This document shows, in pieces, positions 42,652 to 53,014 of a stretch of DNA of 64,000 nucleotides. Under the pieces are notes generated by a model. That model searched no databases and was not told the origin of the DNA. It worked only from the letters and a program-made list of their open reading frames with translations. Source of the stretch: Alphaproteobacteria bacterium (lineage in GTDB: Bacteria > Pseudomonadota > Alphaproteobacteria > UBA7879); the NCBI GenBank assembly GCA_965178295.1, contig CBCXTT010000002.1:170925-234924 (forward strand), given 5' to 3'. The position numbers and the translations under genes were made by a program. The number at the start of each line of letters is the position of its first letter. Position 1 is the stretch's first letter.

Positions 42652-42763
42652 ACAAATACAAGATTGTATGAATGCTCTTGAAAATCGTGTTTTTATACTT
42701 ACACAAGCCGCCTCTAGTAATAACGGCGCTCTACGTGTGCACCAAATGTGGTCTCTGCAGTAA
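42601..42763 (+). CDS. hypothetical small protein (about 53 aa) with N-terminal MQDSAT hexapeptide repeats
   Basis: The first canonical ATG lies inside the repeat. The ORF reads MQDSATMQDSATMQDSAQIQDCMNALENRVFILTQAASSNNGALRVHQMWSLQ*. There is no obvious SD. A second mini-ORF starting ATGCAAGAT (MQDAGAARR...) lies at 44292..44420 and is followed by a hairpin plus T-run. Confidence 0.2.
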
Positions 42764-44435
42764 AAATATGCAGAAAATTAGTAGAGAAATTTCCTGACTT
42801 ATGGCTCAGGTATGAGATAGTATTCACGTGCGTCCGTTTCTGGTGTGCAAAAATTTATATCCACGGCACGTCTGAACTGTGCACTAAGAAGTGATGAGAC
42901 GAATGCGTCGTCACGCACAGCACAAAAAAGCTTCTATCGCACTGCACATGTTGGAACTTCCCTTGGACAAAGATACATAAATTTCATAGATTGATCTGTT
43001 AAAATTCTGTATATAGCGCGGCCTTAACGTTGCAATTCTGTGCTGATTACATAAAGGTGTAGATTGAATTGTCTCAGACTCATAGAAGTAGTGGAAACAC
43101 AGAGGAAATGCTCTTCAGCAGTAGAGATTCGGCCTCCAATCCTGACCTAGAGATGCGGATAAGAGATCCTTCCAACGTTCGAGGGCGGCTGATGTGCTCT
43201 ATGCATAGGTATACACAGCACACTCACAATCAAAAAGATTAGCCATTAGGCATGAGGAATGCAGCATGCACAGTGAGCGTCAGGGGCAATCTGTGTGAAC
43301 ACTGCAGCAACTTCCAGAGGTGTGATCGAAAATCAGTTGGGATTGCCAGAAATGGCTGGTCACATAAAGCATCGAATCAAAAACATGACATCAAACATAG
43401 TACAAAAGACAATATACGCAATATATCCATTACTCTCTATAATCACAGTGTCAATACTGCATTGCAAATACGAGCTTGATAAGACTGTGGACAATAATAG
43501 TGCCATGCAATAGCGTGGAAAGTGCAAAAAGTAGAGATATAGAAAAAAGCATCATCATATCAAAAGGAGCTCTAGATATGAGTGATTATAGCATTAATCT
43601 TTCTGGACAAATCGTTTAGGTGAATATGCAACTAACACTCATGTATAAAGCGCACGCAATAATAGGCGTACACAGCACTGAGTAATAAATATATTCCCTG
43701 TCAGGCAATCAGGGTAGAAATATTTTTGTCCACGTCACACAGGTGAGAGTCTACATCCAAGCGTCGTAGAGTTACCATAAGGACCTGGATTACTATCGTC
43801 CAAAAAAGTCTTTTTACTGCACACAGAGCACAGGGGTTTTTCAGATTTTGTTACACAGTGTTTCACACTAAATTACTACAGAATAGCAACTGCTGTACAA
43901 GTGGAAAACACCACACAAAGTTGTCCGATTTTGGTCAGCAGTCTTCATATCGATAACCGTTGCGGCGATATTGACTATGATGGAATATTTAGATGCTCAT
44001 TAGATCCAAAAAATTCCTGAAATTACACTATCCGGAGCAGATAGTGGATCAATCTATGGGCACTGAGATAGAGTGCACTCTTATTATAAACGCAGGTTTG
44101 AGTGCACCGACAACAGGGGGGTGGAAGAAGGAACCATCAAGCTTAAACAATTTAAATTCCAAAAATCACATCTTCTCAATTGCAAGTAGCGGTTAGTTCT
44201 CGAACATACTGCATGGTATTTCCATAGCATGGTATTGCGTACAATATTGCGTATATTGCATAGTGATTTCACCTTTAACAGAATAAATGCCATGCAAGAT
44301 GCAGGAGCCGCGCGCAGAATGCATCCACTGAATCCGTCTCAAGATAATGGAGCGATACAGAAGAAGGCACATAAGATAAGAATTGACGATGCACAACATC
44401 CTGAAGTTAGTACATCATAAAACACAACCCCCCCT

Positions 44436-44460
44436 CTCTCTACGCTGAGAGTACTTTTTC
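44436..44460 (+). terminator. putative rho-independent terminator (CTCTC-tacgct-GAGAG + TACTTTTTC) on + strand
   Basis: Hairpin directly followed by a T-run on the + strand. It overlaps the gltX stop on the opposite strand. It sits 16 nt after the stop of the + strand mini-ORF 44292..44420. Confidence 0.3.
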
Positions 44461-45783
44461 AAAACGAGACTGAATATTTTGTCGACCCATAAGTTGTAAA
44501 ATCTTTTGCAACTCTGGGCCATGTGCAGCACCTGTCAAGACACGGCGCAAGGGCATAAAAAATTCTTTTCCCGTGCAGGTACTCTCTTCTTTAAATGTCT
44601 GAAACCAGTCCGCCATATCATCACCCTTCCACTGAGCGATATGCTCACAAGCAGCTCGAATAAACGCAATATCTTCTTGTTCCATATTAAGCGCTACTTC
44701 TCCATAGCATATATCCCACCACAAAGATACGTCCTGAAAATTTGTAAGATTCGTCCGTACATTAGTCCAAAAATTCTCTGTAATATTACGACCTTCGGGA
44801 AAATATTTTTTTACCTCTGAGAATGGCATGTTGCGCAATACTTGAGCATTGAGCGTCTTAAGCACTGGCCACGAAAACTTGGGGGTCGCGCGTGCGAACT
44901 TTCTAAAACTAAACTCCTTAATTAAAGGTGCCATATCTGTAAAAGGCGTAAGAGGATCAGACGTTCCCAATCGCGCTAATACATCGCATAATGCTTCAGC
45001 CGTAACACCAGCATCTTGTAATGCGCCTACACTCAGGCTACCCAATCGTTTAGAAAGGCCATCACCTTGTGCATCGGTCACTAAGGTCAAATGTGCAAAT
45101 GAAAAATCTTTAGGTCTGCAGCCCAGAGCATCTATGAGCTGAATCTGTATTGCTGTATTTGCAACGTGATCCTCACCGCGCACAATATGAGTAATCTGCA
45201 TATCTATATCATCTACAACTGATGCCAGTGTATATATCGGGCTTCCATCAGAGCGCACTAACACAGGATCGCTTAAATGCGCTCCATTAAACTGTACTGC
45301 ACCACGCACCAGGTCATGCCATTCAATCGGTTTTTCTTCAAGCTTGAAGCGCCAATGCGGCTCCCTCCCTTCCGCTTCAAATGCTTTGCGAGCCTCAGCA
45401 TCCAGTTGCAATGCCGCCCGATCATACAGCGGTGGCTTACCCTGGTCTAATTTTTGTTTGCGCTTGAAGGCGAGTTCTTCCGGTGTTTCATAACACGGAT
45501 AGAGCCGCCCAATAGATTGTAAATATGCTACTTGAGCCGCGTATCTCTCTAATCTTTTAGATTGCTGCGCCTCTTCATCAATGGTAATCCCCAGCCAGGC
45601 TAAATCCGCATAGATTCTATCCACATATACAGTTTCATTCCGCACTGTGTCCGTATCATCAAAGCGTAAAAGAAATGTGCCGCCTTCATGTTGGGCAAAA
45701 AGCCAGTTTATAAGGGCAGTCCTCAAGTTTCCTACATGCAAATACCCTGTAGGGCTTGGGGCAAAACGCACTTTAACAGTCAT
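44440..45783 (-). CDS. gltX: glutamate--tRNA ligase
   Basis: 447 aa. Class I HIGH motif RFAPSPTGYLHVGNLRTAL and the KMSK-equivalent region. Typical non-discriminating/discriminating GluRS length. Confidence 0.95.
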   Translation of the reverse strand: MTVKVRFAPSPTGYLHVGNLRTALINWLFAQHEGGTFLLRFDDTDTVRNETVYVDRIYADLAWLGITIDEEAQQSKRLERYAAQVAYLQSIGRLYPCYETPEELAFKRKQKLDQGKPPLYDRAALQLDAEARKAFEAEGREPHWRFKLEEKPIEWHDLVRGAVQFNGAHLSDPVLVRSDGSPIYTLASVVDDIDMQITHIVRGEDHVANTAIQIQLIDALGCRPKDFSFAHLTLVTDAQGDGLSKRLGSLSVGALQDAGVTAEALCDVLARLGTSDPLTPFTDMAPLIKEFSFRKFARATPKFSWPVLKTLNAQVLRNMPFSEVKKYFPEGRNITENFWTNVRTNLTNFQDVSLWWDICYGEVALNMEQEDIAFIRAACEHIAQWKGDDMADWFQTFKEESTCTGKEFFMPLRRVLTGAAHGPELQKILQLMGRQNIQSRFEKVLSA

Positions 45784-46262
45784 ACATCCTCAGTATTTAA
45801 ACCACCCATATGGCATAACAATTTCCAGGCCTCTGTGTCAATAGGCATCACAGAAAGGCGCGACTGGCGCACCAAAGCAATATCCTTCAAGTCTGGAGCG
45901 GCTTTTATAGACGCCAAGGTAACAGGCTGCGGCATCGGGACAATCGGCTCAACAGCTACTAGACAAAATTTAGGCTCTATTGGGTCTGGATAAGCCTCAC
46001 GCACAATCTTCAGCACCCCCACAATGCGCTTGTCACTCAAAGAGTGATAAAAAAAAGCTTGGTCCCCCACCGTCATTTTCCGCATATTTCCCTGAGCCTG
46101 GTAATTGCGCACACCATCCCATTCACCAACGCCTTCCTTAACTTGATCCGACCACGACCAACGCCTCGGTTCCGATTTCAATAACCAATAATACAATATA
46201 CAGTACATCTCCGATAATGCATCCAAAGAATATCGGAGATTTGCCTCTATAGCAATATTCAC
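45780..46262 (-). CDS. EVE (PUA-like) domain protein
   Basis: YWLLKSEPRRWSWSDQVKEGVGEWDGVRNYQAQGNMRKMTVGDQAFFYHS is the EVE-domain signature. Likely start MYCILYYW at about 46205. Confidence 0.75.
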   Translation of the reverse strand: MNIAIEANLRYSLDALSEMYCILYYWLLKSEPRRWSWSDQVKEGVGEWDGVRNYQAQGNMRKMTVGDQAFFYHSLSDKRIVGVLKIVREAYPDPIEPKFCLVAVEPIVPMPQPVTLASIKAAPDLKDIALVRQSRLSVMPIDTEAWKLLCHMGGLNTEDV

Positions 46263-47065
46263 ATCAGAACAATATCAAGAGACATGTTGTGCGCCCTTCG
46301 CCCATATATCTAGTTCAGACAAGCACCGCGTCATCCGCCATACAACGTTACTGAACGGCATAGCTCACCAATAGACACTCTTTCGCTAGACACTAAGATA
46401 TTATACCTGTCATCCAATTCACATACGATTCGCTCAAAGAATTATATCTTGTGACGCTCACAGATGGAAAAAGGAAAGATAAACACTCTAGGCAATATAA
46501 TGGTTGATGTAATCATTACGCATATTTTAGCAATTGCGGCTCACAGCATGTGCGCAAATCTTGCGATGCGCCCTATTGTTGTCTGTTCGAGTAATGCCTC
46601 TATCTATGATCGTTATGCCCCTTGCTTCCCCCCTGGGGTGGTTGGTGATTGCGCGCCATAGAGAAGAGCGCACTGCGACGTAGAAAAAACGGCCCTAGTA
46701 GGGAAGGACGGCGTAGGACAGACAGATAACAAGATAATAAAGCTGCCCTTTTGTAGGCAGAACGCATTCGAAAAATTTTCATCCAAAAAATAATGGGGGT
46801 TTGGTCAAAATAGCTGCCTATAGCTATCCTGCCACATGCAAGCGCATATACTTACAAGAGTGCAGGCCACCGATGTTTAGGCTTGCAATAACCCAAGGTT
46901 GACGCTACTGTGGGTGGCCCCAGTCATCGTGAACAAATTATCGTATGACAACAGGCATGAGGCCGAAGAGACCAATGCCGATGCATTCTTGAGAGATACC
47001 AGGAATATACAGTACGCATTTTCCCTTCATCTCGAAATTTAAAAAAGATGCACTAACATTTTTTC

Positions 47066-47082
47066 ATACACTTTCAGTGTAT
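47066..47082. promoter_or_regulatory. 17-bp palindrome ATACACT-TTC-AGTGTAT upstream of metal ABC transporter operon (candidate Zur/Mur/MntR-type operator)
   Basis: Perfect 7-3-7 inverted repeat, about 60-80 nt upstream of the first gene of the znuCBA-like operon, in a divergent promoter region. Confidence 0.4.
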
Positions 47083-47143
47083 ACGTGTGTAAAATGTTTT
47101 GAAGTTTGTATGATTGAGATAAAAAGTAGATGTCACCTTTTTT

Positions 47144-47932
47144 TTGGAATATTTGGGCGCGATTGGGCGCTGTTTTGCTTCTCATAATATTACTGGTATT
47201 AGCCGTATGGTGGGCGCTTTGAGCAAACCGTCAACCATTGTTTGGGACAATGTAACTATAGTCTATAGAAAACATGTCGCGCTCTCTCAAGCATGTGGCT
47301 CCATAAAGCCAGGATCCTTAACAGCCGTGATTGGTCCAAATGGGGGTGGAAAAACAACATTTGTTCGTGCGATTATGGGCCAGGTTCCAATCAAAAGTGG
47401 GTACATAAAATTTCAAGATGGTAAAAAACTTATTCCAGCATATCTTCCTCAAAAATCGTCTTTAGATGCAACATTTCCAATGACACTTAGAGAAGTTATT
47501 GGAATGGGACTTTGTAGTCAGATCGGGGCATTTAGGGCATTTTCATCTGAAGCGCACAAGAAAATCGCTCAAGTCATTCAAGACGCGGGTTTGACAGGAC
47601 TAGAAAAGAGATTTGCAGCAGATTTGTCTGGAGGGCAGTTTCAGCGTATGCTCTTTGCGCGACTTATGCTACAAGAAAAACCAATTATTATTTTAGATGA
47701 GCCTTTTGTGGGTATTGACTCAAAAACACGCAAGAAGCTTGTACAACTTATCTTAAAGTGGCACACACAAGGCAAGACAATAATTGTGGTGCTTCATGAG
47801 TTGAATTTAGTGCGGCAATATTTTCCGGACGTTGTGCTCGTTGGCCGAAAAATTGTTGGGTGGGGAAAAACAGACCAAGTTCTAACCCATGAAAATATGG
47901 AATTAGCTTTTCAGAATCTATTGGAGATTTAG
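47144..47932 (+). CDS. znuC: metal (Zn2+/Mn2+) ABC transporter ATP-binding protein
   Basis: Walker A GPNGGGKTT, ABC signature LSGGQFQRMLFARLM, Walker B IIILDEP. The exact start is uncertain because the track uses an alternative start. Confidence 0.85.
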   Translation: MEYLGAIGRCFASHNITGISRMVGALSKPSTIVWDNVTIVYRKHVALSQACGSIKPGSLTAVIGPNGGGKTTFVRAIMGQVPIKSGYIKFQDGKKLIPAYLPQKSSLDATFPMTLREVIGMGLCSQIGAFRAFSSEAHKKIAQVIQDAGLTGLEKRFAADLSGGQFQRMLFARLMLQEKPIIILDEPFVGIDSKTRKKLVQLILKWHTQGKTIIVVLHELNLVRQYFPDVVLVGRKIVGWGKTDQVLTHENMELAFQNLLEI

Positions 47933-48774
47933 TGGAGATTTTTTTTGAGCCCTTTCATTATTTGTTCATGAAGCGTGCATTAGTGAGTTGCTTGTGCCTG
48001 TCTTGCGCAAGCGCTCCGGTTGGAGTGTTTCTGATCTTAAGACGCATGAGTCTAATGGGAGATGCATTATCCCATTCTATTTTACCTGGCGCAGCTATAG
48101 GATATATTATTGCCGGTCTTTCTCTGCTCGCAATGGGTATAGGAGGCACTATATCAGGATTATTGGTCGCTATATTATCTGGCATTGTTTCGAGACGTAC
48201 AGCACTTAAGGAGGATGCATCATTTGCTGGATTTTTTATTATAGCGGTAGCATCAGGAGTGTTGATAATCTCAATGCGACATAATGCTGTAGACCTTATG
48301 CATGTTTTATTTGGGAGTGCACTTGCGGTAAACAAGTCTGCACTTATATTGATAGGAAGTATTTCTGCTTTTACATTGCTTGTTCTAGCCATCATCTATC
48401 GCCCACTTTTGATGGAGTGCTTTGATCCAGAATATTTTTCTAATATTAGGGGCCGTGGGTCTGTTTATCATATTTTATTTTTAGTGCTTGTTGTGACAAA
48501 TCTTGTCTCGGGATTTCAGGCACTTGGCACTTTGCTGGCCCTGGGCATTATGATGTTGCCGGCAATTGCGTCACGCTTTTGGGCTCAGCGAATTGCAAAC
48601 ATGATTTTGTGTGCTATGGTGGGCGCCTTCATTTCTAGTTATTTTGGCTTGTTGCTCGCCTATTTCTTTAACTTACCTACGGGGCCAGCCATTGTTTTAG
48701 TTGTAGGTGTTTTTTATGTCATCTCTGTCGTTTTTGGTCGCTATGGCGCCTTCATTAAATGGGGTAAACTATGA
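47932..48774 (+). CDS. znuB: metal ABC transporter permease (ZnuB/MntB family)
   Basis: 280 aa, about 8 TM segments, ABC-3 family. Start overlaps the znuC stop. Confidence 0.85.
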   Translation: MEIFFEPFHYLFMKRALVSCLCLSCASAPVGVFLILRRMSLMGDALSHSILPGAAIGYIIAGLSLLAMGIGGTISGLLVAILSGIVSRRTALKEDASFAGFFIIAVASGVLIISMRHNAVDLMHVLFGSALAVNKSALILIGSISAFTLLVLAIIYRPLLMECFDPEYFSNIRGRGSVYHILFLVLVVTNLVSGFQALGTLLALGIMMLPAIASRFWAQRIANMILCAMVGAFISSYFGLLLAYFFNLPTGPAIVLVVGVFYVISVVFGRYGAFIKWGKL

Positions 48775-49691
48775 AGAAGCATATACTTCTATGCGCTTTT
48801 TTTTTGGTGTCCGCATCAATTAATGCATCGATAGCACCCCTTTCTTCTCCTCTTAGAGCAGTTGCAACATTTAGCATTTTAGCGGATTTTGTGAAACAAG
48901 TAGGGCGTGAGCATGTAGTTGTGTCGATTGTTGGACCTAATAGCGATGCACATATATATGAGCCAACACCACAGGATGTCAGAATCGTAAGCGCAGCAGA
49001 TATAATTTTTACAAATGGATTCGGTTTTGAAGGTTGGCTGTCGCGCTTAATAGAGACGTCAGGCTGCAAGGGCAAGATAGTGGTTGCGACAGAGGGCATT
49101 ATACCAAGACTCTTAAATGATCCTGATGAAGGTGTGGTTGAGGATCCGCACGCCTGGCATGACGTTATGTACGTTAAGCGATATATTCAAAATATACAAA
49201 AGGCATTGTCAACAATAGACCCAGAGCGTCGTGATATCTATGCAAGCAATGCAGTCGCTTACTTGAAGGAACTTGAAGATTTAAATCAAGAAATTATACA
49301 ACAAATAGAAGAAATCCCCCCTGAAGCACGGACAATCATTACAGCGCATGATGCATTTGGATATTTTGGTGCGCGTTATGGCATTAATTTCTTGGCACCT
49401 GTCGGTATTAGCACAGAAGCAGAACCGTCTGTTCAAGATATTGTTCGCCTTATTCAAATGATTCAGGCTCACAATATTAAGATGATATTTGTTGAAAATA
49501 TTTCCAACCCTAAAATGATCCATCAGATTGCTGAAGAAACGGGCGCTTTCGTGGGAGGAGTTCTGTATTCTGATGCCTTGTCAGACACACATGAGCCAGG
49601 GGCAACGTACTTAAATTTAATGCGGCACAATGTACATCTTTTTGTATCATCGATGCGAGGAGGTACGCCAAAAAGCTACAGGGAATTTTAG
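48771..49691 (+). CDS. znuA: metal ABC transporter periplasmic substrate-binding protein (ZnuA/MntC/TroA family)
   Basis: 306 aa with a signal peptide (MKKHILLCAFFLVSASINA) and a cluster-9 SBP fold. Start overlaps the znuB stop by 4 nt. Confidence 0.85.
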   Translation: MKKHILLCAFFLVSASINASIAPLSSPLRAVATFSILADFVKQVGREHVVVSIVGPNSDAHIYEPTPQDVRIVSAADIIFTNGFGFEGWLSRLIETSGCKGKIVVATEGIIPRLLNDPDEGVVEDPHAWHDVMYVKRYIQNIQKALSTIDPERRDIYASNAVAYLKELEDLNQEIIQQIEEIPPEARTIITAHDAFGYFGARYGINFLAPVGISTEAEPSVQDIVRLIQMIQAHNIKMIFVENISNPKMIHQIAEETGAFVGGVLYSDALSDTHEPGATYLNLMRHNVHLFVSSMRGGTPKSYREF

Positions 49692-50291
49692 CCTTTAAGA
49701 GTACCTAATGCACTGATGTAAAACGCCAAATTCTCTAAAACTTGTTACAAATTTATGCGCGACCTTCTGCGCGCAACACACTTATTCTAAGTACTATCCG
49801 AAATAAACTTGGTCCGCTCTCTGTGACTGATATCAAATTTTTCGCAGCGTTGCGTTATGGGGGGCGTATATACGAGGATATCTGTTGATGTTTGCTGAGA
49901 AAAATTGGTGCGCAAGAGAATACACAAGATGCTGTGAGCGTCATAAGCCAATGAAAGGCATGCTTTTTATATATGATAATGGTTTGTTATATCTCTCTAG
50001 TGCACATATAACACATCCTGTTCAAACGGATAATGAAATGAAGATCTACAGACGTCACTATCCATGGGCATAATCACACAATGCGCTGCCGCCCGCCCCG
50101 CCTCGGCTGTAGCGGAGTGGAGCTATCAGGGACTACACAAGTCAATAGAGGAGGATCATGAGAAAAAAGCACAATAGGGGTATTGTTTTGTAAAACAATC
50201 ATATCCTTAGTGCCCCCCCCGAGGCTTTTGTGCTGCACAAAGGCACATAGTGCAGGACTCTAGGGAGAATGATGCTGTTGTGTGGGGCGCA

Positions 50292-52940
50292 TCATGTTGA
50301 GACCATTACCTGAAGTCGATTAAGAGCATCTTTGTTCTTTTGTAAGGTCTCTCTATCGCAAGCCAGTTGATCACGTGCTTTCTCAATCACTAAAAAAGGC
50401 GCTTTGGCTATAAACTCTCCGTTATTGAGACGTTTTGATGTATGCTCTATAGCGCGCGTACATTGATCAATTTTTTTCTTGAGGCGAGCTTGCTCCACAG
50501 AAAGATCAATAATGCCATCAATAGGAATAAAGAAAATATCTTTCTCCACAATCATTTGTAACATGTTTTGCCCTGGTGTAGTTGCGGCTTTGATGTTTTG
50601 AATGCACCCAAGCTTGCAAATGATATCTGTGTGTCGCTTAAGTCGTTCTTTGGTTGGTATATCCGTAGTCCCAATATATATATCCAGCTTTACCGCGGAT
50701 GGTAAGTGCATTTCTGCACGCAATGATCGAACAGCAGAGACAAACGCAATAAGCCAGCTGATCTCTTTTTCTGCATTATTGAAATTTTGAGTAAGAGTTG
50801 TATCCGGCCACTTACCTGTGATCAGAGCTGTTTTTCCACCCAGCACTTCCCAGAGCGCTTCTGTTGTATAAGGAATAATAGGGTGAAGCAGATGATATAA
50901 TGTACCTAACGCCCAAGATATGGTGCGTTTTGTTTCTGTGACGATCTCCCGCTCTGTGCTGGAGAGCAACGGTTTTGTAATTTCAAGATACCAATCACAA
51001 AACGCACCCCATGTGAAATGGTACAGTTTTGATGCAGCCTCATTGAATCGGTACGTATTGAGACTGTTGGAGACATCGTGAATAAGATCGGTAAGTTGGG
51101 AGGCCATCCATTGATTCGCGACCACCTTACATGTATTGGGATCAAAAGTGTCCTGCCAAGAAGCGCCAGCCATGATGGCATACCGTGATGCATTCCATAA
51201 TTTTGTAATAAAATTACGACCACCTGTTATTTTGTCTTCTGATGCGCGAATATCTCGGCCAATGGTTGCAAGCTGTGCTAAAGAAAATCTCAAGGCATCC
51301 GCTCCGTATTGCTCAATAAGGGCAAGTGGGTCGATTACATTTCCCTTAGACTTAGACATTTTTTGACCGTTTTGATCGCATACCAGAGCATGCACATATA
51401 CTGTTTTAAACGGTACTTGTTTAGTGAAATGCAAGCCCATCATCATCATCCGCGCCACCCAGAAGAAAATAATGTCAAATCCAGTAACAAGAACGGATGT
51501 CGGGTAGAATTTTTCCATTTCAGATGTGCGCTCAGGCCATCCAAGAGACGTCAGTGGCCAGAGGGCTGACGAAAACCATGTATCTAGAACATCTTCATCC
51601 TGCACAAGAGGCGTCGAGGTGCCGTAATGTGTATGCGCCTGTTGTGCCGCATCTACTTCATCGTGAGCAACAAATATGTGGCCATCTGGCCCGTACCAGG
51701 CTGGAACCTGATGCCCCCACCATATTTGTCGCGAAATGCACCAAGGCTGTATGTTGCGCATCCACTCAAAATAAGTAGTTTTCCAATTGTCGGGGACAAA
51801 TTTTGTCTCACCAGATTCAATGGCTTCAATGGCAGGTTTTGCCAGTATTTTAGCATCTAAAAACCACTGCTCTGTTAGGTATGGCTCAATGACAATGTCA
51901 GATTTTTCACCGTATGGCACGACATGTGAGATGACTTCAGTTTTTTCTAAAAGATCTAAGCGTTCAAATGATTCTAATACTTTTTGTCGTGCCTCATTAA
52001 GTGTCAGTCCTCTAAAGTCCAGGGGCACAGCATCATTCTCATTAAGCCTGAGCTCTCTAGTAAGAATATTAATGACAGGTAGATCGTGTCGTTTCCCTAC
52101 CTCAAAGTCATTGAAATCATGAGCGGGCGTTATCTTAACGGCACCGCTACCTTTTTCAGGGTCTGTATACGTATCGGCAATGATAGGTATGCGGCGACCT
52201 ATGATAGGAAGCAGAATTTCTTGTCCAACCATATGTTTGTATCTTTCATCGTGTGGATGAACAGCAACCGCAGTATCACCAAAAAAGGTTTCAGGCCGTG
52301 TTGTGGCAACAATAATGTGCTCTGTGGTACTATCTGCCACAGGGTATTTTAAATGCCACATATGTCCGAGCTCTTCTTTTTGTACAACCTCCAAATCGGA
52401 AATAGCTGTTTGAAATTTAGAATCCCAATTTATGAGTCGTTTGTCTTTGTATATTATCTTTTCTTGATAGAGCTTGACAAATACATCACGCACAACGCTA
52501 TTTGCTGCTGCATCCATTGTGAATCGCTCTCGTGACCATAAGGCGCTAGCACCTAATTGTTTCAGTTGGCGCACGATATTGCTTCCGGATTTTTCTTTCC
52601 ACGCCCAGACATGGTTGATAAATTCTTCTCGGCCCAATTCATGTCTAAAGATATTGTTGTCATTTAACTGGCGTTCAACGACACACTGGGTTGCAATGCC
52701 TGCATGGTCTGTTCCAGGCTGCCATAGGACATCTTGTCCCAACATTCTGTGATAGCGAATTAAAATGTCTTGTATGGTAAAAGTGAGTGCATGCCCTAGG
52801 TGCAGAGATCCTGTGACATTCGCAGGCGGCATAATAATACTATAAGGCGCTGAATCTGTGCTGGATAAATGTGTGGTGCAGTGCCATTTCTTTCTATATT
52901 GGGCCTCGATTTCAGAAAAAATAGGTTTTGTTTCTAACAT
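50292..52940 (-). CDS. valS: valine--tRNA ligase
   Basis: 882 aa. HIGH-type motif PPANVTGSLHLGHAL, KMSKS motif, and a C-terminal coiled coil. Confidence 0.95.
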   Translation of the reverse strand: MLETKPIFSEIEAQYRKKWHCTTHLSSTDSAPYSIIMPPANVTGSLHLGHALTFTIQDILIRYHRMLGQDVLWQPGTDHAGIATQCVVERQLNDNNIFRHELGREEFINHVWAWKEKSGSNIVRQLKQLGASALWSRERFTMDAAANSVVRDVFVKLYQEKIIYKDKRLINWDSKFQTAISDLEVVQKEELGHMWHLKYPVADSTTEHIIVATTRPETFFGDTAVAVHPHDERYKHMVGQEILLPIIGRRIPIIADTYTDPEKGSGAVKITPAHDFNDFEVGKRHDLPVINILTRELRLNENDAVPLDFRGLTLNEARQKVLESFERLDLLEKTEVISHVVPYGEKSDIVIEPYLTEQWFLDAKILAKPAIEAIESGETKFVPDNWKTTYFEWMRNIQPWCISRQIWWGHQVPAWYGPDGHIFVAHDEVDAAQQAHTHYGTSTPLVQDEDVLDTWFSSALWPLTSLGWPERTSEMEKFYPTSVLVTGFDIIFFWVARMMMMGLHFTKQVPFKTVYVHALVCDQNGQKMSKSKGNVIDPLALIEQYGADALRFSLAQLATIGRDIRASEDKITGGRNFITKLWNASRYAIMAGASWQDTFDPNTCKVVANQWMASQLTDLIHDVSNSLNTYRFNEAASKLYHFTWGAFCDWYLEITKPLLSSTEREIVTETKRTISWALGTLYHLLHPIIPYTTEALWEVLGGKTALITGKWPDTTLTQNFNNAEKEISWLIAFVSAVRSLRAEMHLPSAVKLDIYIGTTDIPTKERLKRHTDIICKLGCIQNIKAATTPGQNMLQMIVEKDIFFIPIDGIIDLSVEQARLKKKIDQCTRAIEHTSKRLNNGEFIAKAPFLVIEKARDQLACDRETLQKNKDALNRLQVMVST

Positions 52941-53014
52941 AACAATCTCCTAAACATGCAATCATCCGTTCAGTATCATAAAAACTCTATATCTAGTGGA
53001 ATTTAGCATCAAAA

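Noticed and set aside
42467-42706. 79-aa - strand ORF with a CAILHS x3 repeat
   Set aside because: It is the antisense reading of the 18-bp tandem repeat. Only one strand can be meaningful, and the + strand ORF at least has canonical ATGs.
47958-48395. 145-aa - strand ORF
   Set aside because: Antisense within the znuB permease gene, low complexity, and no domain.
49885-50073. 62-aa Cys-rich + strand ORF between znuA and valS
   Set aside because: No SD or recognisable motif beyond scattered Cys and His residues. It lies in the convergent terminator region and is probably noise.
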